Origin: the human T2T-CHM13v2.0 reference genome, Homo sapiens
Strand: one strand, 5' to 3'
DNA: 64,000 nucleotides
Assembly: GCF_009914755.1 (NCBI RefSeq)
Contig: NC_060930.1
A model generated the notes under the pieces. That model was not told the origin of the DNA, searched no databases, and saw only the letters and a list, made by a program, of their open reading frames with translations. This document shows positions 1 through 13,396 of the stretch, in pieces (position 1 is the first letter of the stretch; each line of letters opens with the position of its first letter). The translations under genes were made by a program, and so were the position numbers.

Positions 1-22
1 AAGCTCAGAGATAGGCAGAACA

Positions 23-411
23 ATGACTCATTTGCAAGCCGGTCTCTCCCCTGAGACCCTGGAGAAAGCTCGCCTGGAGCTCAATGAAAACCCAGACACG
101 CTGCACCAGGACATCCAGGAGGTGAGGGATATGGTCATCACCAGGCCGGACATTGGCTTTCTGCGCACGGATGATGCCTTCATCTTACGCTTCTTGCGGG
201 CTAGGAAGTTTCATCACTTTGAGGCCTTCCGCCTCCTGGCGCAGTACTTTGAGTACCGGCAGCAGAACCTGGACATGTTCAAAAGCTTTAAGGCCACCGA
301 CCCTGGCATCAAGCAGGCACTGAAGGATGGCTTCCCTGGGGGCCTGGCCAATCTGGACCACTATGGCAGGAAGATTCTAGTCCTTTTTGCTGCCAATTGG
401 GATCAGAGCAG
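23..411 (+). CDS. CLVS2: Clavesin-2, first coding exon (N-terminal CRAL-TRIO_N region)
   Basis: ATG at 23 opens [37 protein letters not shown]...[14 protein letters not shown] (CRAL-TRIO_N motif)...AANWDQS. Donor AG|GTAAAT at 412; 389 nt, ends in phase 2. The 5' boundary of the exon lies upstream of the ATG and was not defined. Confidence 0.96.
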
Positions 412-809
412 GTAAATCCTAAATCCAAACTTGTATTCTCCTTTTACTCTCCCATTTTCCAGAATTTACCCCGAGTAGTGTTATGGTTTTGTAGATTTGA
501 TATTTTTGTTTATTTGGCTTGGAGAAAAGAGAAACAAACCAGGAGATGAGTTTTTGGTGGGCACCCTGGGAAGGGAGGAGGGCTTGTATTTTTACTTTTA
601 AAACTTACTTCACTAACACCCACTTTCTACTGCAGCTTTAAGGTGCTACCTTAACCACGTTATTGCACAGAGATCTAAATCACTTAACTTGTAAATAAAG
701 CTTCTCTATATGTTTCACCTTCTGAAAAAGTTTATTGGGCTGGATAAACCAGTAAGAAAATGGGGACAACTTTTCCTCCTTCTTCTTAAAAAAATTCTTA
801 AACTAGACC

Positions 810-840
810 CATCATCATTGTCATCATCATCATCATCATT
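810..840 (+). repeat. Imperfect (CAT)n microsatellite
   Basis: catcatcattgtcatcatcatcatcatcatt. Confidence 0.85.
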
Positions 841-3800
841 CTCTCTTTGGTACTGACGTTTTATCTTTTAAGCATAGCCTGGCGTTCGACTAAAAGCAAG
901 TAGTTTTGTTGCTTGGGAAGTTCTCTGTTTGGTGATGTGTAGAAGAAGGAATAATATGATTTGTGTCCCTTCAGTGAAAGGAAGAGTTGCATCCTCTGTC
1001 GCTGAACATGCCTGCTGACACTGAAAATGTACACTGACTGGTGTATGTGTCCTACACCTGCCACTAATCTAAAGAATCTGTCTCCTGTCTCATGTGATTT
1101 TTCATCTTTTGGAAGGAAGTGGAAAATATTCAGATGTGTGGACTTTTTGAGCTCATGTGCTACTTAATAGAGAAGAAATAATATTCTTTTTATCTACATT
1201 ATTATAGAAAAATGCAGGCAATGACACTTCTCTGTCCTCCTTCAGAACTGTTTTCTCAGACTGAAAGATATAAGAAATTATAAAAGGCTCTTGTGCAAGG
1301 TAGTTTCAATTAAGTTCAAAGTTAAATATATTTCATGGGACTTAAAATGCTACCAGAGCTATGAATCATAAGAAGCTGCTTGTTAAAACATTGGTGTATT
1401 TTTAGTTCTGTGAATGGTGACTTTCAATGCATCTGGTTAGTTTAAATCATCTCTGGAGCCATCGTACAAGACATTTACAGTTACCAAGAGGGCTTATGGA
1501 TCATAGAGATTTCCAGATAGGCTTCCGAGTCTTGGTATCTTAGAATGCAAATTAATATTTTTAATTATTTTTTCTCTCATTTTATTGTGATTTTTTTCCC
1601 TGTAATTCTAGGTTGACAATCACTCCAATTTTTTTAGGCAAATAGAAAGACAAACTACCACCTGAAGATTCATAATGCTAAGAAACTCGTACAGAGTTAG
1701 CCATTCAGAGGGAATGGAGTTTTGTTACTTACTTTGGCCAGTTATAGAGATGTTATTCCACTTTTTATCAGGTAGCTGAAAATTTTAAAGAATTACAACT
1801 TTTTATTCATTGACCACAATTTTTGTTTAAAAATGTTTTCTTTTCATCCTAAAAGTACATTGTAGGATCGTGCAAATCAATGACTGTGTATAACAGAACT
1901 GAAACATTTTATTCAAGGAAAAAACTAATATTCTGTATGTCAGATTGGAACTTTGTTAATTGAGCTATAGTGAAATGGAACCTGGAAATTTTATATTTAT
2001 ATAAATCTCGAAGTCTGTTAGAGATACCATTATGGGGGCAGATTGCATTCAGAGAGGCATACATATATATCAGACCTATTTTCATGAATTTCTATAAGTG
2101 AACTAATATTCATAATTATTTGTAAACCTAATTAAGATGAAAGTCACTTATAGTTTTCATATATATGAGAAAGTGATAATTCTGAATTTATTAGAGACAC
2201 TGTGTTTTAGTTGTCTATCTCATGCTTCCATATAAAGGGCAGACAACTAGTAATCAAATTCTCTTTCCCTAGAAATCTATAATGGAAACGGAGTTAATAA
2301 TTGGTATATAGAATTACATTTCATTAAACTTACACATAATCTTAAATACTAAAATGTGTATTAGAACAAAATGAGAAGCTGTGTTCTGTAGAAATTTCCT
2401 GTCAAGATGTCTAGACTTGTAATTATGAATTCTATTTCTATGGTTGGAAATAAACAGGTATAATCAAGAAATTATCGCACCTCAAGGTGAAAAGGTATAC
2501 AGGTGATTTAGAGCTTAGTCAAAATTTCAGTTGAATTTCTTCCTATATTAAAAAAATAATAATTCCCTCTTCTTTCCCACCTTCCTTTTATCCTAAATCT
2601 ACATAACCCAATGACAGGGACTAGTAGACAAACAGATCTGTCACCTTTGCACCCTCTATAAACCTTTATCACTGGAGCATGTGCATAAAAACGTCCTTGG
2701 CTCCTGCTCTGAAACTCAAAGGACAGCTGCCTTTCTGCCAATGCCAGGATGTTACCAACACTTCTTAGCCTGAGTCCCTTTCCTCTACCCCGAAGGCTCC
2801 TTGACTCCTACAGAAGTCTGCCTCTTTCCCTAGGTGTTTAAGTTACTATTATTGCTCTGTTAGGTGGATAATGCCATGTGCTAGTTTCTCTTATCCCTCA
2901 TCCCTCCCCTGTTCTGTGAGTGAGATGTTCTCACCTTCCAGGCCCTGATCCCACCAATCCAAAGCTACCTGGATTTCTCCAGAAGACTGCATGTCTGAAA
3001 ATAATCCTGGCAACATTCTTTGAGTTGTTAAGTGAAGCACCTGGCTTTCAACAACTTTCTTAAAAAGTAGCCTGTTTTAAAGAAACAGTGTGTGAGAAGT
3101 GTAGATGATTACATAGATAAATTCTAGAAATGAGGCGGAAGAAAATGCCTCAGTTTATTTGGAAAACAGGTTATTTATAATTTTCCAACTACAAAAGGAA
3201 AAACAAGATTTTATGAATTTTGAAACAATTCGTAAAGACCCCCAATAGAATTGATCTAACAAAAAGACTGTCATGTTATTATATTTAGTACGGCACTTGA
3301 ACTAGAGTAGATGCTCAATAAATATTTGAGTTGAATTGAGTTATGCATTTGTATAAAAAGAATTCTGAGTAGAGATTTATTTGATATACGCTTTCTCCTA
3401 TATGAAATTTGTAGGACAGTTTTCTGTGCTCTTCAGGACACTGAAAACAGTAAAACCGTGTGAGACAGTGACTATAAATAAAATAGTGTCTGTTTCTGCT
3501 GCAATTTAGTGTAGTTTACTTTTAGGTTATTGTAAAGAATTGGATGATTTCCAAAGCCTTTTTGAGAGACATGGCATCATTAAGAAGACTAACATAAAAT
3601 CCTAATATTTACAGTGTACCCACCTTCTAACAAATCTAAAAAAAAATGGAAATACTCAAATGTCAAAATGAGTTGCAGTGTGGCCTGTGGTTCTTCCAAA
3701 AAACAATAGGGCAAGCCCAGATGACCTGTTACATTTATTGAGCTGTACCTTGGAAAAGATTCATATAATTTTATCTCCTTTTAGATTGCCTTACATAATT

Positions 3801-4250
3801 TCTGACAACAAAAGTAAATGCCATGGAATTAAAAACTATTTGACTGTTACACTGCATCACAAAGATGCCTTCGTCCTCCATGTATTGCATATTGTTTTCC
3901 TTCCTAAATGGTAGTGACCTGCTTAGGACTCAGCAAATACCTTCAAATGGTTCGCAGGATCTTATCAACAGGTGTGAGGATAATGTGCCGTAAAGCTAGC
4001 AGAGGTTAACACTGCTGGAGAAAAGGAAGCTTGGAAAGAAAGTACATGGCATTCTAGGTCCTAGAGCATGCAAGCATGTATCTAGGAAGTTGAAATCCAC
4101 TGTCACATAATTGTTGGAGATATTCATGAGTGAAATTGTGTCACCTGAAACATAATGATGATAGGAAGTGTCAGAGTTCACCTGTAAGTTGTCAGCCTGC
4201 AAGTCATATTTTATTTCTCTAGATCTCATTAGAAGTATGTACTTCACTAT

Positions 4251-4385
4251 ACTTTAGTACAGCAAACAACCATTTATCTGGAATATGGTTAATAGTCATT
4301 AGAAACAGTAATTCTCAGTAATTCTCTGAACTTTAGTATAGCAAACAACCATTTATCTGGAATCTAGTTAATGGCCATTCGAAAA
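4251..4385. repeat. Diverged two-copy direct repeat, about 55-bp unit, 79-bp period
   Basis: actttagtacagcaaacaaccatttatctggaatatggttaatagtcatt at 4251 and actttagtatagcaaacaaccatttatctggaatctagttaatggccatt at 4330. Confidence 0.9.
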
Positions 4386-4824
4386 CAAACACAGTTAGAA
4401 CCAAAATGATTCTTAATATGGTGGCAATCCAGAAAGCACTGGCCACCTTGCATGGTCTTTGGCTTATCATAGTGGACATTGATTACCACTTACAGTAGCG
4501 AAGCTCTGGAAGGGGCAGAAAACTGATTGGTCAGACATTGATATGATACTCTAACTTATCCTGGAATTTGCCCAAAAAACTTGTCAGTTTGCTCCTATTG
4601 TGTGGCTTTTTCATTCAAAAGCAAACATTGTATGAATGGTTGCTATTTGTGGTTCAGTTTGAATTATGATTATGCTTGCATTTACTAAAATAATATGGCC
4701 AATGTTCAGAATAGAAGGTTATGGTGATGATAACTTACAATTTAAAACATAGCCATAGACTACACAGATGGGCATTAATGCCAATCACAAAGCTTTACTC
4801 ATCTCTGGAATTGTACTAAAAATA

Positions 4825-4856
4825 ATAAAATAAAATAAAATAAAATAAAATAAAAT
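4825..4856 (+). repeat. (TAAAA)n microsatellite
   Basis: Run of taaaa units. Confidence 0.9.
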
Positions 4857-6867
4857 GAACAGGAATAGATTAAAACAGTCCAGGGCAATTATCCAGATAA
4901 TTATGGAGAAATATTTTTACTCTGCAACAAAAAAAGCAAAAAAATAAGAAGTTTAATTTTTCAGCTTAATTTTTCAAGAATTCTTTTCTCAGTTTATTAA
5001 CATATTAAATAATTCCCAGCTTTTTGCTTCACATTGTCATACCTACTGGCAGAGTCTGGAGTCTAGGAGTCCTTTTCGTAAAAATTCTGGAGGCATGGCT
5101 TTGCCATCTTTTGGGTGGATACTGGTTAGGGCAAAACCACAAATGGCAGATATGTATTCCATGGGACTTCTCTCCCAGCAGAGCTTCCATCTTGCTTCCT
5201 TTCAGGGAAACTCTTTTAACAAATCCTCTGCTAACTGCAACTTATTCCAAACTATAATCTTGGTACATATCATGGCAAATAGGGGAGGAAAAAAAGTTGT
5301 CCTGAGAAATGTTGGAGGAATATGGTGATGAATCTCTGCAAAAATAGGACAATCTCCAAAAACTGGGGCAATTATGCAATAATTAGTAAAATAATCCCGA
5401 AATAACAGCAAAAACTACAAGTGCCAACCTTCAGTAGGACGTTGACTAAGGCTGGCCTGAGCCAAGCTATTTTCATGTTTCAAAATCAACTTTAAAGAAG
5501 GTCGAGAAGCAAAGGACTTGAGGTTACTACGGTGTCCTGAAAGGATGCCTCAAAAGAAATGTTTAAAGATATTTTAAAACATGAGCCAATAGTTAGTATA
5601 TTAAGAAGTTATCCTTAGTAAATTAATACATCTCCTCCTTTCTGTGGGAAATGTTAAATTCTCTTACTTTACTGAGGGCAGGTACATCTATTTCACTATT
5701 ATAGTAAGTGGCTATTACACTATTATCGTAACATGAAGGAAAGGATACTCCTGTATGTGGGATCGTTATGATACCATATGACAAACTGAGTGATTAATAT
5801 TTTGGTCAAATTAATTGAAAAAAATACACTTTGAGAATTTGTTATGTACATAGCATTTTAGTAGGTACTGGGGGCAAATAAAGACACATACTTTGTACTT
5901 TTAAGCAATATGTAACCTCTCTGGGAAGAAAAAACATGTAAAGCTGAGTAACTATCAGAGGTCATATGCAGCTAATGAGGACACTGTTTACCAGTGCTAG
6001 AAGCTGGGGACAGGTGGGCAGCTGTGGGCTACTCAGTGTTGTGTAGGAAAGACATTGCCTGCTTGGTTAACTGAATTCAACATTTATTGTTCCATTTTAT
6101 TCATTATTCATTTCAAAATAATTCTACTGTGTGTATTGTAGCAATTAAGTACTTCACTCATGATCATACAACTGGTAAGTGAATTAGTCGCTTTTTGTGT
6201 GTGTGTGTGTAGACAGTTACCAACCTAAATCTAGGGAAAGGCAAATGTATAAAAAAAATCAAATTCTGATAATTAAAGATAATTCCATCTATGGTTTAGA
6301 AAATCTCGATTAAATATAACAAAACAGGCAATTAGGAACAGAACGTTAAGATGGAAGAATAAACTTTCTGAAGTCAAAGACTTTAGTTAACTAGATGTTT
6401 GCTTAGAGTACTTGGCCCTGATAAAAATAATTGCTTTCTGATGTGTTTGTATTCTCCCAGCACAATTCTGTTTTATTTTGTTTTATTTTTTGGTGGCAAT
6501 AGATGCAAAAGTTTTTTCTTTACCCGTCTTCTTCAGAGAAAGACATTTTGCCCGCAGATGTTTCATTTCCAACGATTCTCTTGTTCTCACTCACCTACAT
6601 TCCCACAGCAGTAAAATTAAAGCAAGGCTCAGACATCTAATCTTCTGTGCTCAGTAATACAAGCCAGACAGATGAAATTTCAAGAGTTCATATTTATTCC
6701 AGGGATTGTAGATTTAGCCATTTCTTATTCTGAGTCCTAAGGATGTCTTATTGCTTTTCCTCCACCAAAGCTCCCTATTGTGGTGAGGCTGGAGAGTGCC
6801 AGGATATTGACTTCCTGATCTCCTATTTTCTGACATATATATTATGCTACCATGAAAAAGCAGACCA

Positions 6868-7200
6868 GGCCAGGCACGGTGGCTCACGCCTGTAATGCCA
6901 GCACTTTGGGAGGCCAAGGCGTGTAGATCACCTGAGGTCAGGAGTTGGATACCAGCCTGGCCAACATGGTGAAACCCCGTCTCTACTAAAATTACAAAAA
7001 TTAGCCAGGCCTGGTGGCGGGCGCCTGTAATCCCAGCTACTTGGGAGGCCGAGGCAAGAGAATCACTTGAACCCAGGAGGTGGAGGTTTCAGTCAGCTGA
7101 GATCGTGCCATTGCACTCCAGCCTGGGCGACAAGAGCAAAACTCCATCTCCAAAACAAAAACAAAAACAAAAACAAAAACAAAAAACAAAAAAAAAAAAA
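6868..7200 (+). mobile_element. Full-length AluS (Sq/Sx-like) with (AAAAAC)n/A tail
   Basis: ggccaggcacggtggctcacgcctgtaat...cacctgaggtcaggag...gcactccagcctgggcgacaagagc, followed by an A-rich tail. Confidence 0.95.
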
Positions 7201-7249
7201 ACCAATTATCTATTCATCAAACTCTGTTCTGAGTAGGAGGCACCATGGA

Positions 7250-7500
7250 GAGGGAAAGAGCACTGGTCTATGTGGTATCAGAAAGATTTGGCTTTGAATC
7301 TAGGTTCCCCTTTTTTCCTAAGGTGATTTAAAGCAAACTGTTTAATTTTCTCTGAGACCCTCTGTCCTCATCTGTAAAATAATAAGAACAAATCCAGCTC
7401 AGAGATTTTGCAATTGTTTTGAGATTAAGATAATGCATTTGAAATTGCTTTGGAAATCTTAAACTATTACCCAGATAGACATATTATTATTATTACCACT
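7250..7500 (+). mobile_element. MIR SINE remnant
   Basis: MIR core-like tctctgagaccctctgtcctcatctgtaaaat...gagattaagataatgcat...attattattatt. Confidence 0.65.
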
Positions 7501-8689
7501 CAGTAATATAAAACACCTAGAAGGCTTCATCAGCTTTACCACTAATAATACCCTGAGGCATTAATAAAGGTAATTTTTCTCCTTTTTTCCCCTCCCCCTA
7601 GCACCTTCTACTATGAAGTGCTTCAGACATTAGAAAATGTGGCTTAATGAAAACTGAGGGGTGGGGGAAGCCTAAATAAAGAATTTAATAATGGCTGATT
7701 GATTTAGTGACAAAGAGAAATTGCTGGTGTTATGCTGCTCAGTGCGATGCCAAGATGCTAGTTTTTTCTTGTCATGCTGAAAAGGTTGAAAAGTAGAGGG
7801 ATATGACCTATTTGTCATTAAGTTGATCTTTGCACTGACTGAAAGCTATGGTAGAGGAGGAGATGCTGAGAACCCCAGCAAAGAAGCATGGGTCAGGTAG
7901 TCACCAAAAAAATTGCATGGCCAGAGGCAGGAGAAGAAGCTTCTCTGATCTAAAAAATTGAGGGGGCTCCTGATTGCAGGCAGGGTGCCACCCCTCCACA
8001 GTGTGGCAGGACAAGGCTCTTGTCCTCTTTCTGGTCCAGGAGCATGTTTTGTATTGGGCTGACAGGGAAGCCTTAAGTGAATGTTATATTTAAATGATGC
8101 CATTATGGCACTTTGATGACTGTAAATGTAGATATAGGTAAAATAAAGCAGCATGGTCTATGCCCTTGGGAAATAGTTTGATTTTAACATATATTATTGT
8201 GCACCCACAGTGTGCAGCGAACAGTATTTGGTGCTGAAGATAGAAAGTGGTATCAAACAGTGAAAGAGTTTTTAAGCTAAGCTTATATGTCTGGGGCCAT
8301 AGAACAAACACTGAAGCACTATAATTTCAGAATATGAGAGAGAGGGCGCTGAGGTCTCCAGCAGGTCAAGACAATCTTGCAGAGCAGGGAAAGCTGGTGG
8401 CGGGCCCAGAGGAGGGCAGAACTTAGGTGAGGTGAAAAGGAAGGGGAATGTTCCCCTAGATTTAAGTGAACATAAAGCATCGGAGTGTACCAGCTTGTTG
8501 GGGGTTGAATATGACCTTGACAGCTGGGGTGAGCCTATGCATGGGTGTACAAAACAAGAAGTATGGTTATTAAGGGAATGGTGCAGTTTTGAAAGAGCCA
8601 TGGGGGAGTGGTGTTGTGTGCAGGACAATTTTTCAGGCCAATTAATGTTTTAGGACAATTTATCTCACAATAGAGGGTAGGCAAGATTT

Positions 8690-9250
8690 CTGGAAGAGAA
8701 AGATGGGAGAGAAAGAAAAAGAGACACAAGTGCCATTATATTAGGAAATAAAGCTAGGACTCTAGTAGAAAGAGTTAGATGCCAAAGATGTATAAATATA
8801 TAAAAGACAAAAAAATTTAGGACTTGGTGAATAAATGTAGAGGGAGAAGGAAAGGGAATATTTGAGAATGATTCTTCATTAATTGATTAATGTACGCAAT
8901 CCCAGAGGAAAATGGGAGACACTAAATTGAGTTACACTAATATATGTCAGGTAGCAAGGAGTCACTAAGGTGCTGATGTTCAGATGGCAACTAGAAAGAT
9001 GAGGATGTTGCACAGGACTGACACTAGCTCTGTGGATATCGAGCCGTCACCAATGTATTGGCCAAGGGGATGAGTGCATGATTTGGTAACTCCAGGAGAT
9101 ACTATATGATGACAGCAGGGGAACAAAGTCTTATTTCTACATTTGGATGATCGCAGCAGGGAACCAAAGATGAAAGATAATAGACTGACCAGAAAAGTGG
9201 AAGGAAAAAAAGTTCAATGCAGCGTCACAGAACCAAATAGAAGAGTTTCA
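8690..9250 (-). mobile_element. L2 LINE remnant (approximate bounds)
   Basis: Purine-rich antisense L2-like text (aggacttggtgaataaatgtagagggagaagg..., gcagcgtcacagaaccaaatagaagagtttcaa). Confidence 0.5.
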
Positions 9251-11809
9251 ACAGCAATAATCGCAGAAAATATTTATGGTTTCTATTATATGTCAAGTAC
9301 TGTTAAAAACTTTACATATATTATTTTGTTTCATTTTGTCCTCACAATAATTCTATGAAGTTAAGATTAAGTGGTTAAAAAGTACAAAAAGCAAGTATAG
9401 AATATGTGATTGTTGAAAAAGCAAAAGTCATACAATTGTAGAAGTCATAGAAGTTAACATTTATTGTTTGCTATGTGCTACCCATTGGGCTAAGTAGTTT
9501 ACATTCTGTCCTATGAGGTAACTATTATTATCATCATTTTTAAAAGAGAAAAGGGAGACTTAGAAAAGTTCAGTAACTTCAAGGTGTATGAGACTAAGCT
9601 GCGATTAGGCAAATAATCAAGGATCCCCATTTTATTTTGTATTTGTTAATAGCTGTGAGTTTTACTTTAAAAAAGGCTTTTAAGTTACATAAACATGCCC
9701 CAAATAATTAATTCATGAATATATATCCTACTGTGCAAGGAAGACTGATTTCATAACTGAAAAATTTCAAGAGGTATTAGATGTTTTCCTTCTGATTGCA
9801 CAGGTAGTACATAGTTGCTATGGGTATTAAAGTCTGCTCCATATGTTTTTTATGTGTTCTAGCAGCTTTTATTCTTTTCAAGAGCAGTATTCTACATAGT
9901 CTGGTGTCAGTTGTAAAATTTCTTATTGGTGTCATGATTTCTTCTTACTGCATGCTACACAGCATTCTTTTCACAAATTCAAATTTTACTTAATGCTATT
10001 TTGAGAAGCACAATCAGGAGTCAAGAGCTGCAATTATGTGCTAGTTTTGATTTATAGCTTTCTTTCAGCATACAAGAGAAGAATAACAATAGTGGAACTC
10101 ACACAATTTCAGTGTAAACCCCAAACATGAACAAGTAGAGTATTTCATTGTAGTGACCTCTAATTTGTAAATTATAACAGTTAAAATAATTTTAAAAAGG
10201 AGAGTATGGCAGGAGTCCTGAAGAGATAAAATTCATAGATGCTACATTTCTTTGGAAGATATTTTACAGATTCTGGCAAGATCCTGTGTAGTACTGTTCT
10301 GCTGAGGAATAGCCTGCTGAGCTGCTAATGGTAATAATGTGAGATGTTTGACAACAGAGGAGTGGAGTTAAGAGTGGTTTTGACCTGCCCATTGAATGGA
10401 GTTAGCTAGTGTATTTTTATGTTTCTTTTTCTAAACTTCTAAATTAATGTAATTTTTATAAAAATCATTTGATTCTCTTCTTGGAGCCAGATATTGAATT
10501 CAAAAAAGGTGGTTAGACTTACTCTTGATAATTTTGCAAACCTACTTTTCTTCATTGCTGATTTTGGGATTTGCCTTATATTATTTCCTTTGGAATAATG
10601 ATATGTGTATCAACGTTTATCTTGATTTTGAAACAGTTTAGGAGAACCATACTTCAAGTGTGTTATTTAAAACACATTGCCTCTTGTTTTCAGTCCTTAC
10701 TGGTACCTTGATTAATTTTTACTACATACAATGTATCATCCTTCCAAAGCTGATTTCAAATTTAAATTTTATTTAATGCCATTTTGGTATTAATGCTATT
10801 TGATTTCTTATGGATAACATAAGAATGGTCAACCTCATAATGAGGGAAACCTTTGAAGTTAGACTTTTTGAATCCTTGATTTTCTTCACCGTGATATTAT
10901 TATGAATTTCAGAAATTAAAACTTTTTTTTTTTGGTGGGGGTCTGAATTTCAACCAGAAATACAGTCTTCCTGCTCCAACCTTCCAATGCCTGTGTTTAT
11001 AGGTTTCAGGTCCTGACAGTGTGTCAGGCCATTATGTTTAAAATGGAGGTAGGCCAGCCATAAAGGGACTTTTAAAGGTGTTCACCCACACATGTTTCAG
11101 AGATTTAATAACAAATACATAGCAGAGCTCTATAAAAAGTTTTATTATTTTATATATTCAGATAGTTTTTTGGATGCTGTATCCCTAGGCCTTTTGACTT
11201 TTGCCTTTTATAATACTAATAGCCTATCCTAAAGATTATCATTTCTGATTTATACTCTGCCTAGTAAACTATATCTGTGCTTATCATTCTAACAAAAAGT
11301 ATGCTATGTGTGTATTCCAACCAACATTTACTGAACACCTGTTTATACCGAGAACTGTGCAAAATTGCACAAATGTTTTCACCTGAGTCATCTCTTTGAT
11401 GACTCTCTGGTGCTGCCCTCAGTCCTCCCCCAAACATGGCCAATGAGATAATGAGAATAGCATGAGATAGGGACAGTTAACTGATCCTCAGAATTATAAA
11501 TCAGCGACATATCCAGGACCATATGGCTAATGAGGTGCTGGGCAGAGATTGCATCTTGAAGTCTTCTGACACCATGCCCTGTGCTTGATTAATGCTAGGA
11601 TTCTAAACAAGATTCTGTTCCAAACTGCTGATTTTACAGGTGAAGAAATGAGGTCCTGAAATGGTAAGAAATTGCCTGAAGTGCTAATGTTAATTATTCT
11701 TTCCTTTCTGAACTACTATGCTTTCTCCTAGCACATCCAAGTGTTTTTAGAAGTAAAAATAGACCTACTTCCTCATATATCTTCACTGTATCATACTGCC
11801 TTCCTAACG

Positions 11810-12520
11810 AACTCATCATTTCCACTAAATGGGAATGATTTCGACTCCTAATCCACTCCCCTCCCCATCCTGCCTCTTCCCTGAGGTCCAGATCTCTTTC
11901 TCTAGCTATTCCTGAAATCTCTCCTGAGTGTGTCCGGGGAAAAAACTTAAAATGCAAAGTGTACAAAAATTGAAATTGTTAACATCTTCCATAAAATTTC
12001 TCACTCCTCTTAAAGTGCTGAGATTTCTAGGGATTCCCTTTTTAGAATAATTATCTGATATTTCTCTTAGCTCTGACTGCATTACCTCCTTCACTTCATT
12101 GAACTTAGAGTCTATAAGCTTTTAATTCCAGAATTTTCAGTTTTGGGCTCTCCCCTGAGTTTAGGATCCATTTGTTTCAGAAGCTTGCTTGATATACCTC
12201 TCTGGGTATACTACATGTTTCTCAAATACAATAAGTTCTATTCAAAACTTTGTATTCCCAGCCATTTCCAACAGTATCCTATTTTTGCATTATTGATATT
12301 GATTAAAAATTTTACTATGTATTCAGGCTCTGAAGCTAAAATATGTGTCATTTTTTACTCTTCCCTAATTTCAGTCCTCACATTGTCACAGTATAACAAG
12401 ATTGTCTAAAATGCCACTCAAATTTGGCTTCTTATTTTTGTTCTTAGTTCCGTTGCCTCCATTGAAGCAGTGTCTTAATCTCCAACCAGTGTCTTTCTAC
12501 TCTAGTCAAGTCACTTTCAC
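11810..12520 (+). mobile_element. L2 LINE remnant (approximate bounds)
   Basis: Pyrimidine-rich L2-like text (gcttgcttgatatacctctctgggtatactacatgtttctcaaatacaa...). Confidence 0.45.
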
Positions 12521-13221
12521 AGTAATATAAAGAGCATTTATTGGGTTACTGGAACGTTTCAGGAACTAACCTGCTAAGGTGAAAAGCAGAAAACAAAACA
12601 AAACAAAACACAACAAAAAAAGATCCAACCCTTGAATTAGGATGGTTTGTATTATTGTAGGTAAATTTCCATGACTTTTCCCACTTTTATTTATATTTAT
12701 CTCCTTCTCTTTCTATCCCTACCACCTTTCCTTTTCTTTATGATACAAACTCAATACAAGTAATTTGAATTGAGTAACTTTTATTGATAGCTGTCATGTA
12801 CAGTGTTTTCATTTATTGATGAGACTCACTCAAATCTCATTCTCAGTTTTTTCAAATACGAAGATATGAAATGTCAATATTACTGAAGGCATTCTTGAAC
12901 CACTTAAAACGTGTGATGCCTAGTTTTGGGTTAGTTGAATGAGATTTTAGAAAATCAAAAGAAGGCCTGGAGGTAAACTAAATGATGATAAAATATGAAA
13001 AAGCGTTTCCATTTGTTTGGGCAGAATACATGTTAAATTCGATTATGTTCTTGGAGTACATATAAATTAAACCTCTTCCTAAAATAGGTTTTTAAACAAA
13101 ATTATTTCCTTAAGATTCTGAAGGTATTTTAAAGTGAATTTTTAGTGTGCTAGAAAATATTTTATAGCTTTTTGGAAAAGTGGTTGTCAGACCTAATTTA
13201 GTACTTTTCTGTCGCCGATAG

Positions 13222-13396
13222 GTACACACTGGTGGATATTTTGCGTGCCATCTTACTTTCTTTAGAAGCCATGATTGAAGATCCTGAGCTTCAAGTGAAT
13301 GGGTTTGTTTTGATCATAGACTGGAGTAACTTCACTTTCAAGCAAGCCTCTAAACTCACACCAAGTATGCTGCGATTAGCTATTGAAGGCCTGCAG
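13222..13396 (+). CDS. CLVS2: Clavesin-2 coding exon 2 (CRAL-TRIO domain)
   Basis: Acceptor ttttctgtcgccgatag|G completes the split Arg codon, then [58 protein letters not shown]. Donor CAG|GTAGGA at 13397; 175 nt, phase 2 to 0. Confidence 0.96.

Noticed and set aside
23-415. Standalone 130-aa single-exon protein
   Set aside because: The TAA stop lies within the splice donor GTAAAT, and the frame continues correctly into the exon at 13222.
4251-4385. CRISPR-like repeat-spacer arrangement (also 52201-52334)
   Set aside because: There are only two diverged units, the context is a eukaryotic intron, and there are no cas genes.
7236-7258. Second RE1-like sequence gggcaccatggagaggg
   Set aside because: The left half-site lacks CAG, the right flank is poor, and it sits at the edge of a MIR.
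13217-13228. AG|GT at the start of coding exon 2 as a recursive splice site
   Set aside because: The reconstituted donor GTACAC is poor, and the GT is explained by the Arg-Tyr codons.
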